A stretch of DNA of 58,681 bases, the filler included, from Sphacelaria rigidula (taxonomy: Eukaryota), in assembly GCA_964200075.2 (NCBI GenBank). It is 6 parts of 6 records of this genome, joined end to end, with 100 filler letters (N's around TTAATTAATTAA, not from the genome) between each part and the next. Parts side by side here need not be neighbours in the genome. Positions count along the whole stretch, not along the records: positions 29,393 to 39,089 come from CAXNAA020007946.1; positions 39,190 to 48,885 come from CAXNAA020007947.1; 4 more parts are not named here. One strand, 5' to 3'. Numbering within the stretch: the first letter of the stretch is position 1; each line of letters begins with the position of its first letter. Of this stretch, positions 35,108-46,574 are shown one piece after another. The notes under the pieces were generated by a model that saw only the letters and a program-made list of their open reading frames with translations, was not told the DNA's origin and searched no databases. The position numbers were made by a program, and so were the translations under genes.

Positions 35108-38100
35108 GTGAGAGGAATACCTCATGCTGGCCAGAGTTGCAGTGGACACAATGCCGGGAAACGAGCACGTTCACATCGCACTCGGCCGTAGGCAACTTGC
35201 AGTTTGGCTGTGTCTGACCCTGGGGATTGTTTTTACCGTCAGTATACTAGTGCCAGATGCTTTCGCACATATTTGTAGTGATCATTCCTAACGGCCATCA
35301 GATCGACACTGTTTCTACCCTCACGCACAGTCATCCTCTGCCATACCACCCCTTTTCTCTTATCACCGCACCCCCACGTTGCCTACAGGTTTAGGGCATT
35401 CCAACAAGAGCGTCGCAAATCAGTGGATACGATCCGCTTCTCCCGATGGCGAGCAACTCGACCCGTTCTACGTAGCTCAGGATCATGCCGTCGACTACGC
35501 GACGGAGGTCCACCGCGAACCTCCTCAGGCCGCGACTGAGGGCGGTTATCCAGCAGTGGAAAGCTATCATGTCGACAAGGTGCATACCGAATGGACCGAC
35601 GCCGGGACCGAGCTATTGATAGTTGCTCACGACGACCCCGATGCCGTGGGAATCATGAAAGCCCACGAGCAGCGAGGGCGGACAGGAAAGATGCGAAAGG
35701 GTCAGACGAAATTCCGTCCCACATCGACCAAGGCCCTGCCCCGCGGGTCAGGCTTCCAGAGCTGGCTGCGGGAAAACAGCAAACGGGCGAGAAACTATCT
35801 GGCTAGCGGTGTTTTCAAGCGAGTATTGGTCGAAAATCACTATGAACCTTTGATAGTGACATACGGTAGACTGCTGCCGAGATAGCCCCCCCCCCCGAAC
35901 TGGCCAAGAAAGTGCACGGAGGCGATGGTCATAAATTTATAGCTGGTTTCGTGCTGCACGACGCAACTCATTTGGGCGTTCTAGCTCATTTCGGACTGCT
36001 ACACACCTCTCATGTGAGCGGAACTGCTGCTAACGAGCCCAATAGTGGGATTGCAGCCGGTTTGTCGAATGGTCTCTGGTGCACTTTTTGTCGGGGGGCT
36101 ATCTCGGCATTAGTCGGTACTGGAATACCGCCCGCCCGAAGCGGCTCCACGCCAAGGCTTCCGGTGGAAGTAATGGGCAATGATGTTGGCGGCGGTGGCG
36201 GCGGCGGTGTTACCGTGCGAAGGAGGGGCCGCGACACCGGCGGTGATTATGACATGCGCGGTGGAACACGCCGATGCTCTTGGACGCACAGAGGGGGGTG
36301 GAGCCCAGCAGTGGGATGCGACAGTGATGATGGGCGAGCTGCCGGGGGGGGCGGTGGACACGGAAAGGGCGGTAGAGGCGTCGAGTGCGAGTGTTTACGG
36401 CGATAGTATTTCGATGGGGGCCAGCGGGTGAAATTTAGCGGCGACATCGGTTGGGGGGGAGGGGGGGGAACGGCGGTGCCGCGGGGTGGCGGCAGCTGCG
36501 GCCGGCGGAGGCGTCGATTGCAGCGATCTGGCAAGGGCGCCCCCGCGGACATATCTTGAGGTGGTGACAGGTAGGGGAACAGGTGAGGCGGCGGCGGCGC
36601 CGAGGAGGGCGCCACGCGCTGGTATCGGCGCCGACGGGGGGTCCGGACGACTCCACCTTCGTCTCTCGTGGCGTCATCGGAGAGCGGGAGCGTGGACACA
36701 GCGGCGGCAGCAGAACCAAATTCACCACGTGCTGGGGGGGGGGCACCGTTCCATTGGTGAATTGCAACCCCATCTATTGTGGTGGCATGATGGCAAGGGG
36801 CCTGACCGGAGCATCCATAGCGCAGTCGGACCCGGCATAGGTGACGGGGAGATGTCCGCAATGCACTTCATTATTCACTCCGGGACGTTTCAGAAGCATT
36901 TGAAGGAATGGCTCGTGACTTCCACTGATACTGATCAGTGCATAGTTTTCCTGTTGGCCATGTCCTGCGGGCATATCGACGTACAAGGCTCCAACGCGGT
37001 GCAGGTAACTGTCAAACGCATTATGAACGGAGGCCCCCGGTGCATACTGGTGAACAGAGTGTACAGCGCCATCGTGACTCTGAGGGACGGGAGCGAAAGT
37101 GCGTGGCCTCCCGAGGGACTGTATGATTGGCTGACTGACACATCCTGTAAACGTAGCGCTGTTCGTTTCCACCTACCTATTGGCTGGCTGCGACTTCCTG
37201 ACGCGTATTTCCGGGATCCCCTTCCCCAAAATGTGGGAATTCGTTCTGAAGGCACTGAGAACGCCGATTCTGTTCACGAAAGCGATAGTGGTGATTGACG
37301 AGGGTAAGGCGAGGGTGGAGGTGGACGAGGGTGTCAAGCTACTGGCCACGATCTTTTTCTTCAGGTACGAAAACGCATTTGCGCAAGTCGCTGCGGATCC
37401 TGGACATCTCTTCACCACGACCGGGCAGAATCTGGAGTCTTTCGTGAACAAGATTCGTCTGTGCATTGCCACAGTACATGGGCACATGCCTTCCCGGTGC
37501 TGCCCGGACTTGGAAGCCTGCCAGAAGCACGTGGATAAGGCCGACGTAGTATTGGAATACTGGGGGGGGGGGGGGCTTTGGGATGAGCAGNNNNNNNNNG
37601 CGCTCGGACAGAGGAGGGGGGTAAGGGCGGCTTTTTTTTGGGGGGGGGGGGGGGGGGGGGGGCTTTGGGATGAGCATGCCCACATTGAACTTCAACGGGC
37701 GCGGATGGGGCGTTGAACCAGAGAAAAAAACTCACCACAAGGGTGGGGTAAAGGCGGCGAGCAGAGGGGCGGTGGAGCTTACACGGGACCACATAGTTGT
37801 ATACTTGTCAAGCCACACGTATGTCGATACATCCGAGATTGTGCGAACCCTGAGATGCGCGTGCAAGCCGGAAAGGGCGGCGCGAAGACGTCACTGGTGC
37901 CGGGATTAAAGATGTTTGGGGCGTTGTAGGCTGAGCTGCGGTTGCCAGGGCCGCTGCTTTTTGCCGCCACCCCCTGACCCAGCGGCCGACGCTACTGCTA
38001 CAGGTCATTCCGCCGGAGAAAATGTCGATACGTCCCGCCGACGTCGTAAGGGGAGGGGCGGATCCACGGCGAACCGTGGAAGGGGCGGGTCAGCGGCGTT

Positions 38101-39032
38101 GCGTGGCGGGGGCAGGTAAATGGAGCGAGGAAGGCCCCGGGGGCAGGTGTTGATAGTAGTCATGGTGAGGAGTGCTGCCGACGAGATGGCGAGAGGATGG
38201 CGAGGGTAGCGGGAGAGAAATCGGATCCGGGACCAGATCCTAGCTGTCGCAGTTGTTGCGACGGCGGTCTAGATGATCCGCCAGAGGGCGGATCGAAGCA
38301 TTCAGTCGGGATCTGGCTTGGAGATTCAGATTCCGAGTGTAGCGACTCAGAGGAAGAGGATCCGGCATCGGAAGCGGGCAAAGACTACGACGACAAATTC
38401 GCGTTTCGATTGCACCTGTATCGAAAGTCGTAGACATGTTTGTTGCAGATGAGTTGCGTAGGTATATAAGTAACCGTGGGAGTTATCTTCCGCGGACGGA
38501 AGTTATAACCCGTGCGAAGGGTTGATGGGGACGTTGTCGAGTGCCTGATGCAGTGCGCCCTTGTGTGCAGACGTCTACAGCGGGTCGTCCGGCGACACCC
38601 TTGGGCGAATCGCCGGTTGTATCTCAAGATAATGTGTGATACTATAATTGTGGAACGAACGACTAATATAGCGAGAATGATGATCAAGACGCGGTGTTGC
38701 AGAAAACCTTATGGAACACTGTGCAGCACGACCACCACATGCGCGTGGACTGCAGTCGTGAGGCGGAATTCAAAGCGCTCTGCACCGCGGGCGAACCGCC
38801 ACGAATATTTGGTGTGATAACAACCGATCTTGAAAATTGAGGACAACGGTTTTCATTGGCGATGATGAGTCGGTTTATTATAATCTTCATGTATGTGGAC
38901 CCTTTAGTTCTCAATATGCCTGCATTCCTTCACGTGCCGATAGCTATCACCAATTTCTGCATGCCATACAAGATTGAAATCCGATAACCGAATTTCTGGG
39001 GTCCGATGTGTATATATATGTTCTGTTGCGAT

Positions 39033-39066
<34 letters not shown>

Positions 39067-39089
39067 GGAGGGGACAGGGAGCGCTTTTT

Positions 39090-39189
39090 NNNNNNNNNNN
39101 NNNNNNNNNNNNNNNNNNNNNNNNNNNNNNNNNTTAATTAATTAANNNNNNNNNNNNNNNNNNNNNNNNNNNNNNNNNNNNNNNNNNNN
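39090..39189. other. Artificial contig linker
   Basis: N44-TTAATTAATTAA-N44. Confidence 0.98.
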
Positions 39190-39259
39190 CTCGAAAGGGA
39201 TGCGTGGTCAATGGTCAAACGACTAAGGCAAGCAACAAATGAGTACGCCCCCCCCCCCC
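39190..39259 (+). mobile_element. ATGAGTAC/C-tract retroposon 3' end (variant B) at the contig start
   Basis: CTCGAAAGGGATGCGTGGTCAATGGTCAAACGACTAAGGCAAGCAACAAATGAGTACG followed by a C run. Confidence 0.7.
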
Positions 39260-39885
39260 TTTAATCGGAAAACGTTTGAGGTGGACGCGCAGTTTTTATC
39301 CATCTCCTTGATGTGTGGTCCAGTCGTGCTCGACTGTGATGGACGCGGTCAAAGGCTCCTGTATCCAAAACACCCCAGACACTCGGTCTTCCCCACTTCT
39401 GCCGCTTACGTCCACGACCGCTCGGTTCGTCCCACTGTTATTTCTCCTTGTATCCTATAACTGGGTGGTCGTGGCCGTCATACAACATGATCACCTCGCC
39501 CGCAGAGGTCTTCACAGGAATGCTGCAACGACACATCCACTGCCAACGATCCGTGCAGCACGCCCTCCAGGTGAGCATAGACCAGATCTGCAGAGAGCTT
39601 TCGGGCCAAAGTTTTCACTTTGAAATTCTTCGACACGAAAGAAGGGGGATATAAAAAGCAAGGCGCGCACTCCGTCCTCTCGTGCGGCAGACGAGTCGTG
39701 TCAATCCACGCGCTTTGTCCATGTTTTTACCCATCTCTTTGGGTACCTCTCTCTGTCCCCGTCTCCTTGGAAGTTGTATGTTTCACTCGATATTGGGAGT
39801 GCATGCTGTATGACGGTCTCCCGCCCCCGCCCCCATTCTGTTGCCGCATAACGCGCACGTCGGTGCTTCGTGCTTTTGGATGCAG

Positions 39886-40270
39886 ATTGTGCTGGTCCTC
39901 CGTGAAGACGGCGACACTGTGCCCGAAGCCGTGAGCAAGTGGGCCGACGAGTCTAACTGGATGGGCGGGGATGCGGTTGTTCTTTCCGCCGACACAGCCG
40001 AGGTGGGTTCATTGGTTGCTCAGCTGCTTAGCTGGTTAGATGGCTGGTTGACTGATTATTGACGCTGCTCTTGTACTGGCAACCTTTTATCATGTAAAGG
40101 TTGGCGTGTTGTGTTGGTGGATCTCTCGTGCTCTTGCGTTTCTGTTTTCCTTTCGTCACACTTTTTCAATCTCTCGATCTCTCCCATTCTTCGAGACGAG
40201 TCCATAGTCTGAAGGAATCATCCCATGCCTCCCCGGGTACCCGCCTTGAAGTATGTGCGTGTGTTGTTGC

Positions 40271-40303
<33 letters not shown>

Positions 40304-43300
40304 CGTCGTCGTTGCTGTCGCGGTTACTGTTGCTGTTGTTGTCACACACACACACACACACAACAAGCACAAAAAGCACAAAACAAGCACACTATGCTTC
40401 CGCCCCCCTCTTCCCCCTCCTTCCCGCAAACGGCAGGTTGAACCGTTCCACAGAGTGTTCCGCAGACCATTATCCGCGCTGCGCGCAGACCCCAATCCCC
40501 TCGTCGCCCCGACAGTCCTAGCACGCGCATCCGACTCGCGCCATCCGCGCCAAAGCGAGCTGCCTCGGCAAGCGCCAGGCCTCGCGGCAACCTCAGGCTT
40601 GTCCGCAGACAACACCAGCGGCGTTGGTAGCGGTAAAGAGGGGGGGGCGGTAGCGGGGTTAGGTTGGTCCAAGCGAGGATTCACGTTCGCGGGAGGGGGA
40701 GGCGGGGGAGGCGTTTCGAAGAAGGGCGTGAGAGATGTGATGGCTAAGTTTAAAAAGGGCCGGAAGTTGGACAATAACGGGGCTTCGGACGGGGGTGGGG
40801 ATACGGCTTCGGGTATGGCGGCGTCGGTGGTCGTTATGACGGGAGGGGGCGGACCGACCAACAACGAGCCTCAGACGGTGAGGGACCTCTTTTGTGGTGG
40901 TTGGTATGCGGGTTTATGTGTGTCTACCGTTGTTCCCGTCTGTTTGTTTTTTTGCGGGTTTGCTCCGCTATACTCGTTCATCCTTGTCTTTTTTTTTACC
41001 CGTCTTGTGCTGCTGTGTTTGGGTTGTGCCGCGTATTCGCTGAGATTGAGTGTACGCCCGGCCTGCACGTTCCTCGTGTTGTGATTTCGTGGATTTTGTT
41101 GAAGGCGTTGTGTATCTATTGCATCGCCCTCCCACATTGATACTGTGGCTGTCCCCTCCATTGGCTGTTTATTTTCTCGTGCGTTTATCGTGATTGTGAC
41201 ATCATCGCCGCGCATAGGCCAATGTTTCAGGCACATACAGAGATCAAGCACAGTTGGTTTCTTCTTGTCCTGTGTAGTTTTTTTTGTTTGTTTTTTGGTG
41301 CTACTCTAGCCAGTCGCTCCGGTGGCTCAGTTGGTAACCTCGAAACGTTCTGACGGTTGGACCGTTGTCTCGAGTTTGGTTCAGTTACACGATCTGGGAT
41401 TATTTCTCACACCATGCCCAACAGTGAAGGGTGACTATATCGCGGGCGCACAAGATTCGACTTCACGTTTGATTAGGGAAAGGGACCGCTGAACCCCTCT
41501 CGCGATGAACAATAAGGCACGTGCCGCAGAAGGAAGATGGATAACGAAAAGAAAAAAAAGTGAAAAAAAACTCCTGTGTTGGCCTTCCTACTGTGACCCC
41601 GGCTTATGCGTCCACATACACCAAAAGGTGACTGGCGTCCAGAATAGATGAGATGACAACACATACAGGCACACTTGCATTTGTCGGAACGCCCTCGTCT
41701 TCGTTCGGCAACAAAAAGGTTTCAATCCAGCCTGACCTAGCCTGTACTTGAACGGGGGTCGTGCGCCATCACACGGCGAACATGCCCCAAGGACCGAGCC
41801 TTATTAGAGTAAGACAGTGCGTGCACCGCCCCAAGTTGACAGGGGGTTTTGTTGGACTCGACCCCCACATTGCCTTCAGCAAAGCTTTCCGAATACTCGA
41901 GACGCCTACCCCACATGACCGCCGGGAGGTAGTTTTGCCGAGCCTCCAGGTAATCGACACACGAACCCGCTTGCGGGATAGGCGTTGGTTGGGGTTCCCT
42001 TCTTCCTTCGAGGAAAAACAAAACAAACCGCTAACGTGCCGGTGTGCGGCTGCGCTTGGTTGTTGATGGCTCAATCTCCGGACTACCCCGAGTCTGCTTT
42101 TGATGGCGCTAGTGATATGCTGTTGGTAACAGTGTGAAGCTCTGCGTGCTCTCCGTTGGCGCTTGTGTTACGCCTGAGGGTGCACGTTTGCCCTTCACCG
42201 GAAAATTCCTCTCTTGTGGACATTTTTCATACGACACGTTCATTGTTTAGCGTGTTGGTCATGGTATCCGCGTTACCCCCGTCTTTCTGAAGATTGCTAA
42301 TCCAATAACGTGCTTTCCTTGAGACTTTCTTCGTGTTTATCCGCAGTTGTCCTGCCTTTTCGAGATATTTATCATCGGAATATGTAATATGTGGGGACAT
42401 CATGCTGCAACGGTAGACTGGCTGCAGCGGCCGCCGCATCAGCTCTCTAGTTGTATAGCATGGATCCGTGGATGCAGAGTGAAACACGCGTTGGTTGACC
42501 CTCCTGCTTCAGAGAGAGCGAGTCTATCGCTGTGAACCAGACAGCCAGCAAGGTGTCGGTCGTGGGGAAATTACCTCCCGTGAATGTTGTCTAGGGGACC
42601 GGGGCTACGGAACGCCGGAGATGTGCTCCCAGTATATTCGTCTTTATAACGTTGCTTACTTTCTCAGCAAGTAGTTCTTGTCTGCCCTTATTTTAACGGT
42701 ATCTATACGTTTAATTACTCCCGTTATTAAACTAACTTCCCCCTCCCTCCATCCCCTAGCTCCCGCACTCCTCGAGACAAGTCCTTCGTCTCGAGAAATC
42801 AAGCCATCGGTCCCACAGCACGTGGGTTTTGGTGAGTGGAGCTTTTTTTAATTGTTCGGATGTTCTCGTATGGAACTATTTCCTTCCGAACACAAGGTAC
42901 TTCGTGTCACCATTCTGGAGGCTGAGGGCCTCCGAAACGTGGCGGTGCTGAAGAAGACGGACTCGTACGTGTCTGCTCATCTTGCCACGAGGACCGAAGT
43001 CCGCGAAGGGAGAACGTCTGTAAAAAAGGTGAACCAACGGGACAGACATGCAGAGGAAGAAGGAAAGGGTGAAATATGTCGGGAACGGTGGAACACGAGA
43101 AATACGTTTCATTTTCTGTTTTTCCGGTGATTTACGGTAGTGTGTACCACGGGGGGGGAGGGGGGGGGGGTCGGTCTCTGTTGGATTGTTGGAAGATCTG
43201 GTTTGGCTCGGGGGTGAGGGGGCGAGAGGGAAATTGCTGGGGGGGGGTTTCTCATGTGCGCCGCGTACGGTGGTTTGTTCGACGGATTTTGGTGTCTCCG

Positions 43301-45426
43301 GTGGCGTTCAAGTTTTTTTTTTACGATACGCTTTTTTTGCGCTTTTGCTTCGTACCGCCAGTGGGTTTGTGTAAGGCAAGTAGAAATCATCAGTTGTTGA
43401 TGTTGAAGTTGCTACTACCAGAGGCGAAAGTGGGGACTGTTTGGGTGTCTGTCATGTGTTGGTTGGGTCGATGGCCGGCCCGTTACGATGCAGAGGATCG
43501 TGCACAAAGAGACAACGGCCAGATGTGTTCTACTATACTACCGCAAAACAATACGAATCTTCGAGGGTAATTACGTCATTCCCGGCCAACACATGTCAAC
43601 AAGTTTACCGAGTTGTTTCTCCCGCGTTTCCAACGGTATTTATCTTGGAGCATGTTGGAAACCCCTTCACGCTTGTTTTTTCCCGACAAACACTCGAGAC
43701 AAGACGCAAACACGTACGCACACAAATATCGAGTCCAAAAGTCCCTCCTCGCCCTCGCCCCTGGGTACTACACGTCATTGCCAAATTACACCTCTGTCTT
43801 GCTCACAAATGGTCCGGAAAAAGGTATAATAATTGACTTCCGGATGCGGGGAACGACAACCTGCACGTGATGATAGCTTATTTCCGAACGTCGTGTCTTA
43901 GGCTGGTTACTGTCTGCAACAGTAACAGGGTTGACAAGAGCGTCTGTGCGTCTTCGCCAGCGCAGATATGTTGGGCGACCATTCGCAGCCAGGGTTGGGC
44001 TTAGAATGGACCGCATAGTTTTCGACGTACGCGAAAAAAACGGTATATTTTTTGCCGGGAGAGGCGGAAATAATATTGAGGCTGTTTTGAAGTAATGCAC
44101 CTCATATTTCGGTCAATTTTTGGCGTATGTTGAACGAAAAAAAAAAAAGCAAACGTATTTTTTGTCTTCGGCGTTCCTTGCGGGGGAAACATACCGCCTG
44201 CTGCTCTCCTCTGCGCTAGCGCAGACAGTGCTCCCGGGTTATTGTTGAAGCACGCGATTTTACAGATTGGGGATGGATTTTTTCTTGGGGATGAGAACCC
44301 CGAGAATTAAAATCTTCGTATCCACATCAAATCTTCGACATATGGTTCCATTTTTCCACTTCCTGGTAGCTTTTGACAACTACTACACGCATACAAGTTT
44401 GCGTTTCAGTAACCGGAATATTGAGGTCCTAGGTGAAAAACCAATTTTGGGGACTTTTGGTGATCCGATCGGACCCCAAATTGTTTCTATCTAGGACCCC
44501 GATATTTCGGTTATCGAAATTCAAAACCTGTATGGCGTGTAGTACTGGTCGATAGCTACCAGTAGGTGAAGGAGTGGAACTATACTTCGAAGATTTGGTG
44601 TGGATACGAAGATTTTAATTCTCCGGGCTCTCATCCCCAAGAAAAAATTCATCCCCAATTTGTAAAATCGCGTGTTGAAACCCTGGTCCATACTTCAATC
44701 GTGTGCCTCCATGAATACTAAGGATGCATCACAAGTGTCCTGTCTGTGCTATGTTTCCAGGTCCTCGGGTATGTCTCGGCCGGGATTTGCAAATTGAGGC
44801 TGGTTGTAGGTTGCCGCGACTCTTCCCTCCTACTTTTTTCATTTAGACTTGTTGGCTGTGAGTCATCATCCAGGTGGAGGCAAATCGAAGATTATTCGAC
44901 ACCTGAACATACCTTCCGCAATGAAGCTTTCAACGTGTTCAAAACTTCATGCCGTGCCCCGTGGCCTCTGCACTCCCATCATGTGCCATGTATCTTGTTA
45001 AGCATGTCAAAGGTTAACTGCCCGTGTTGACCCCCCCCCCTCGCCCCCTGCTCTCTCTCTCGTCCCCACTTCTTTCCCCCTCCCGAAATTCCAAACGCAC
45101 AGAACACGTGCGATCCAAAGTGGAACGAACCGCTATCATTCACGGTCCCCACGGGGACACTGGTGGACGCACAACTGTTCCTCAAGGTTGTGGGGAAACA
45201 GAAGGTGAGGGACGACATAATTCTGGGGCGCGTGGAGCTACCTCTAGCGGGCATCAACAGTGCAGACCCTTCTGCTGTCATTGGAGAGGCAAGTAGCGCC
45301 GGTGGCGGCGGAGCAAGGGATGCGTATGCGGCGGATGGTGGCAGGTGGTTCGCGCTGGAGGAAGGGCAGGGCCGTCTTAAGATCGATGCGGAGTTGGTGA
45401 AGAGGAGACCGTCTCTTATAGTGTAA
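39886..45426 (+). CDS. 3' exons of a protein with a C-terminal C2 domain (partial gene)
   Basis: The C2 domain is split over 42897-43028 (VLRVTILEAEGLRNV..TDSYV..RTSVKK) and 45103-45426 (NTCDPKWNEPLSF..LFLKV..DDIILGRVELPL..WFAL..GRLKI, ending TAA). Upstream phase-0 exons 39886-40002 and 40437-40877 are probable. 39504-39570 and 42760-42831 are possible. Confidence 0.8.
40262..40362. repeat. (GTT)n plus (CA)n microsatellites
   Basis: Directly visible. Confidence 0.9.
41312..41666 (+). mobile_element. tRNA-derived SINE, copy 2
   Basis: A-box TGGCTCAGTTGG. Body and 3' end are colinear with 7240-7576. Confidence 0.7.
41760..42020 (-). repeat. Dispersed repeat, homologous to 26110-26345
   Basis: Nucleotide and translated similarity, e.g. 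GCGGGTTCGTGTGTCGATTACC vs ACGGGTTCGTGTGCCGATTACC. Confidence 0.65.
44251..44674. mobile_element. 424-bp foldback MITE in the C2-domain gene intron
   Basis: CACGCGATTTTACAGATTGGGGATG...CATCCCCAATTTGTAAAATCGCGTG, with arms pairing over ~200 bp. TGAA lies one base outside each end (possible 4-bp TSD). Confidence 0.8.
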
Positions 45427-46264
45427 TGCTGCTCTCTGTACGTTTGGATCACGGGACGATTTGGGCGTGAATGTACACCCGCTTGAAAGGGTGTGAACTT
45501 GCCCGAAAATACCATTTGTTGGATTAAATTAAAAATCTCGTAGGATTAGGAGACGCGCAAATGCCGTATCCTGGGCAATCAACCGATTTAAGATGTTTCA
45601 TTCGAGAGGGAGCCGGAGCGGGGATGAGGGGAAGGGGAAGGGGAGGGGGAGGGTTGCCTGCGCGTTCTGCTGCTGTCTCTGTTCCAGTTTCTGTGTGGAC
45701 TTGCTGTCTTTGATTCCCTGTCATATGGGAGGTTGTAGGGTGTGAAGAACGTAGCAGTGTCGTGATACACCACCTTTTCGCTTGCCTCGTGTAGTGGTGG
45801 GGGCGATCCGCTAGCAGGAGTTTCAAGCGGTATTCAATTGTTCGATGCGGTTCATAACGGGGCAGGATAGGTGTGGGTGGGTGTAGGTTGGGGAGGGGGT
45901 AGGCAGGGCTGATCGCTGGGAGATTGCGGTGACTTTGGATTGTGCGTAGTGCTGTCGTGCGGTGTCGTTCACCATCGACTTTATGGCTGTGCGATCGATG
46001 TTCCACAATGATGCCCCTAGAGTTATGTTCCTTGGACCCTGTCTTTTCCGCGTGTGGCAATCGACCTGTATGCGTTTGATACCCGCAAGGCGTTCTGACA
46101 GCACTTACTACGCTGGTTTTGCCCGTATTTCAGAATAAATGGACGAAGGGAAGGAAGGCGACAAGAGACACTTTCGTGTCGCCTCGCGTTGACGATTTTG
46201 TGTGCAGGGTGTGTGCGGGGTGCAAAGAGCCCGTGGCATTGGTTGAATGTGATGAGAGGAGGGG

Positions 46265-46574
46265 TGTACTCATGATCATGCATGCCATAGTCATAATAAG
46301 ACCATTTACCCCGCATCCCTACAGAGCCGGGACGGAGCGCGCCGGGTTTTCCCCTGGCCAGGTTCGCACTCGATCACCAAGCGCGAAGCGCCCTCGTGTG
46401 TTGGGCGAGTCGCATGAAGGGTGAGCTGTATCCTGCTTATATTGTTCGGTCCGAAGCCCACTGATTATCTTGCATTTGGATGACAGTCTACCATGAGTTG
46501 CTTTTATTATCTGGTATCGCCACTTCAGAAACAGCCCCGGCTTTTACACTGTCTCATGGATGTCTCACCGTAGA
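46265..46574 (-). mobile_element. Longest copy (~310 bp) of the ATGAGTAC/C-tract retroposon, with an 11-bp target-site duplication
   Basis: Direct repeat GAGAGGAGGGG at 46254-46264 and 46575-46585. The 3' part matches the 19597 and 28020 copies, and the 5' part matches 58580-58681. Confidence 0.75.

Larger units (their letters stand above)
29476..38433 (+). mobile_element. Decayed Academ-superfamily (AcademX-type) DNA transposon coding region: DDE transposase + XPG/FEN1-like nuclease + C-terminal Cys cluster
   Basis: Ordered motifs: AQVLITHGTPVAVIDYVAAHG (~31830); WDNCNF (D at 32002); VAGDEET (D at 33040); YVGDWHLLYH (~33120); WESF..YMAFRTGLRTGNFLLRLAGLRRMASIF..GKDRY (~34220-34350); GLDVRQEMANR (E at 34489); PFSILNSNGGLGHSNKS; IVAHDDPD..MKAHEQRGR (~35620); GDGEMSAMH and VTSTDTDQ (~36840-36940); LAGCDF (~37185); CPDLEACQKHVDKA..W..GRGW; CACK..C..RC..RC..CGCQGRC (~37856-37960); then an acidic tail. 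Interrupted by in-frame stops and frameshifts. Confidence 0.8.

Noticed and set aside
37560-37680. Duplicated GGCTTTGGGATGAGCA around a 9-N gap
   Set aside because: This is a scaffolding artefact at a poly-G run, with low-quality sequence between the copies.
29393-39089. Endogenous phaeovirus segment because of the EsV-1-7 motif
   Set aside because: There are no viral core genes. The surrounding frame has transposase and XPG motifs and spliceosomal introns.
40101-40441. Poly-Val/Leu/Cys ORFs (also poly-Thr/Cys at 48938-49435)
   Set aside because: These are translations of (GTT)n/(CAA)n microsatellites. Only 40437-40877 looks like a true exon.
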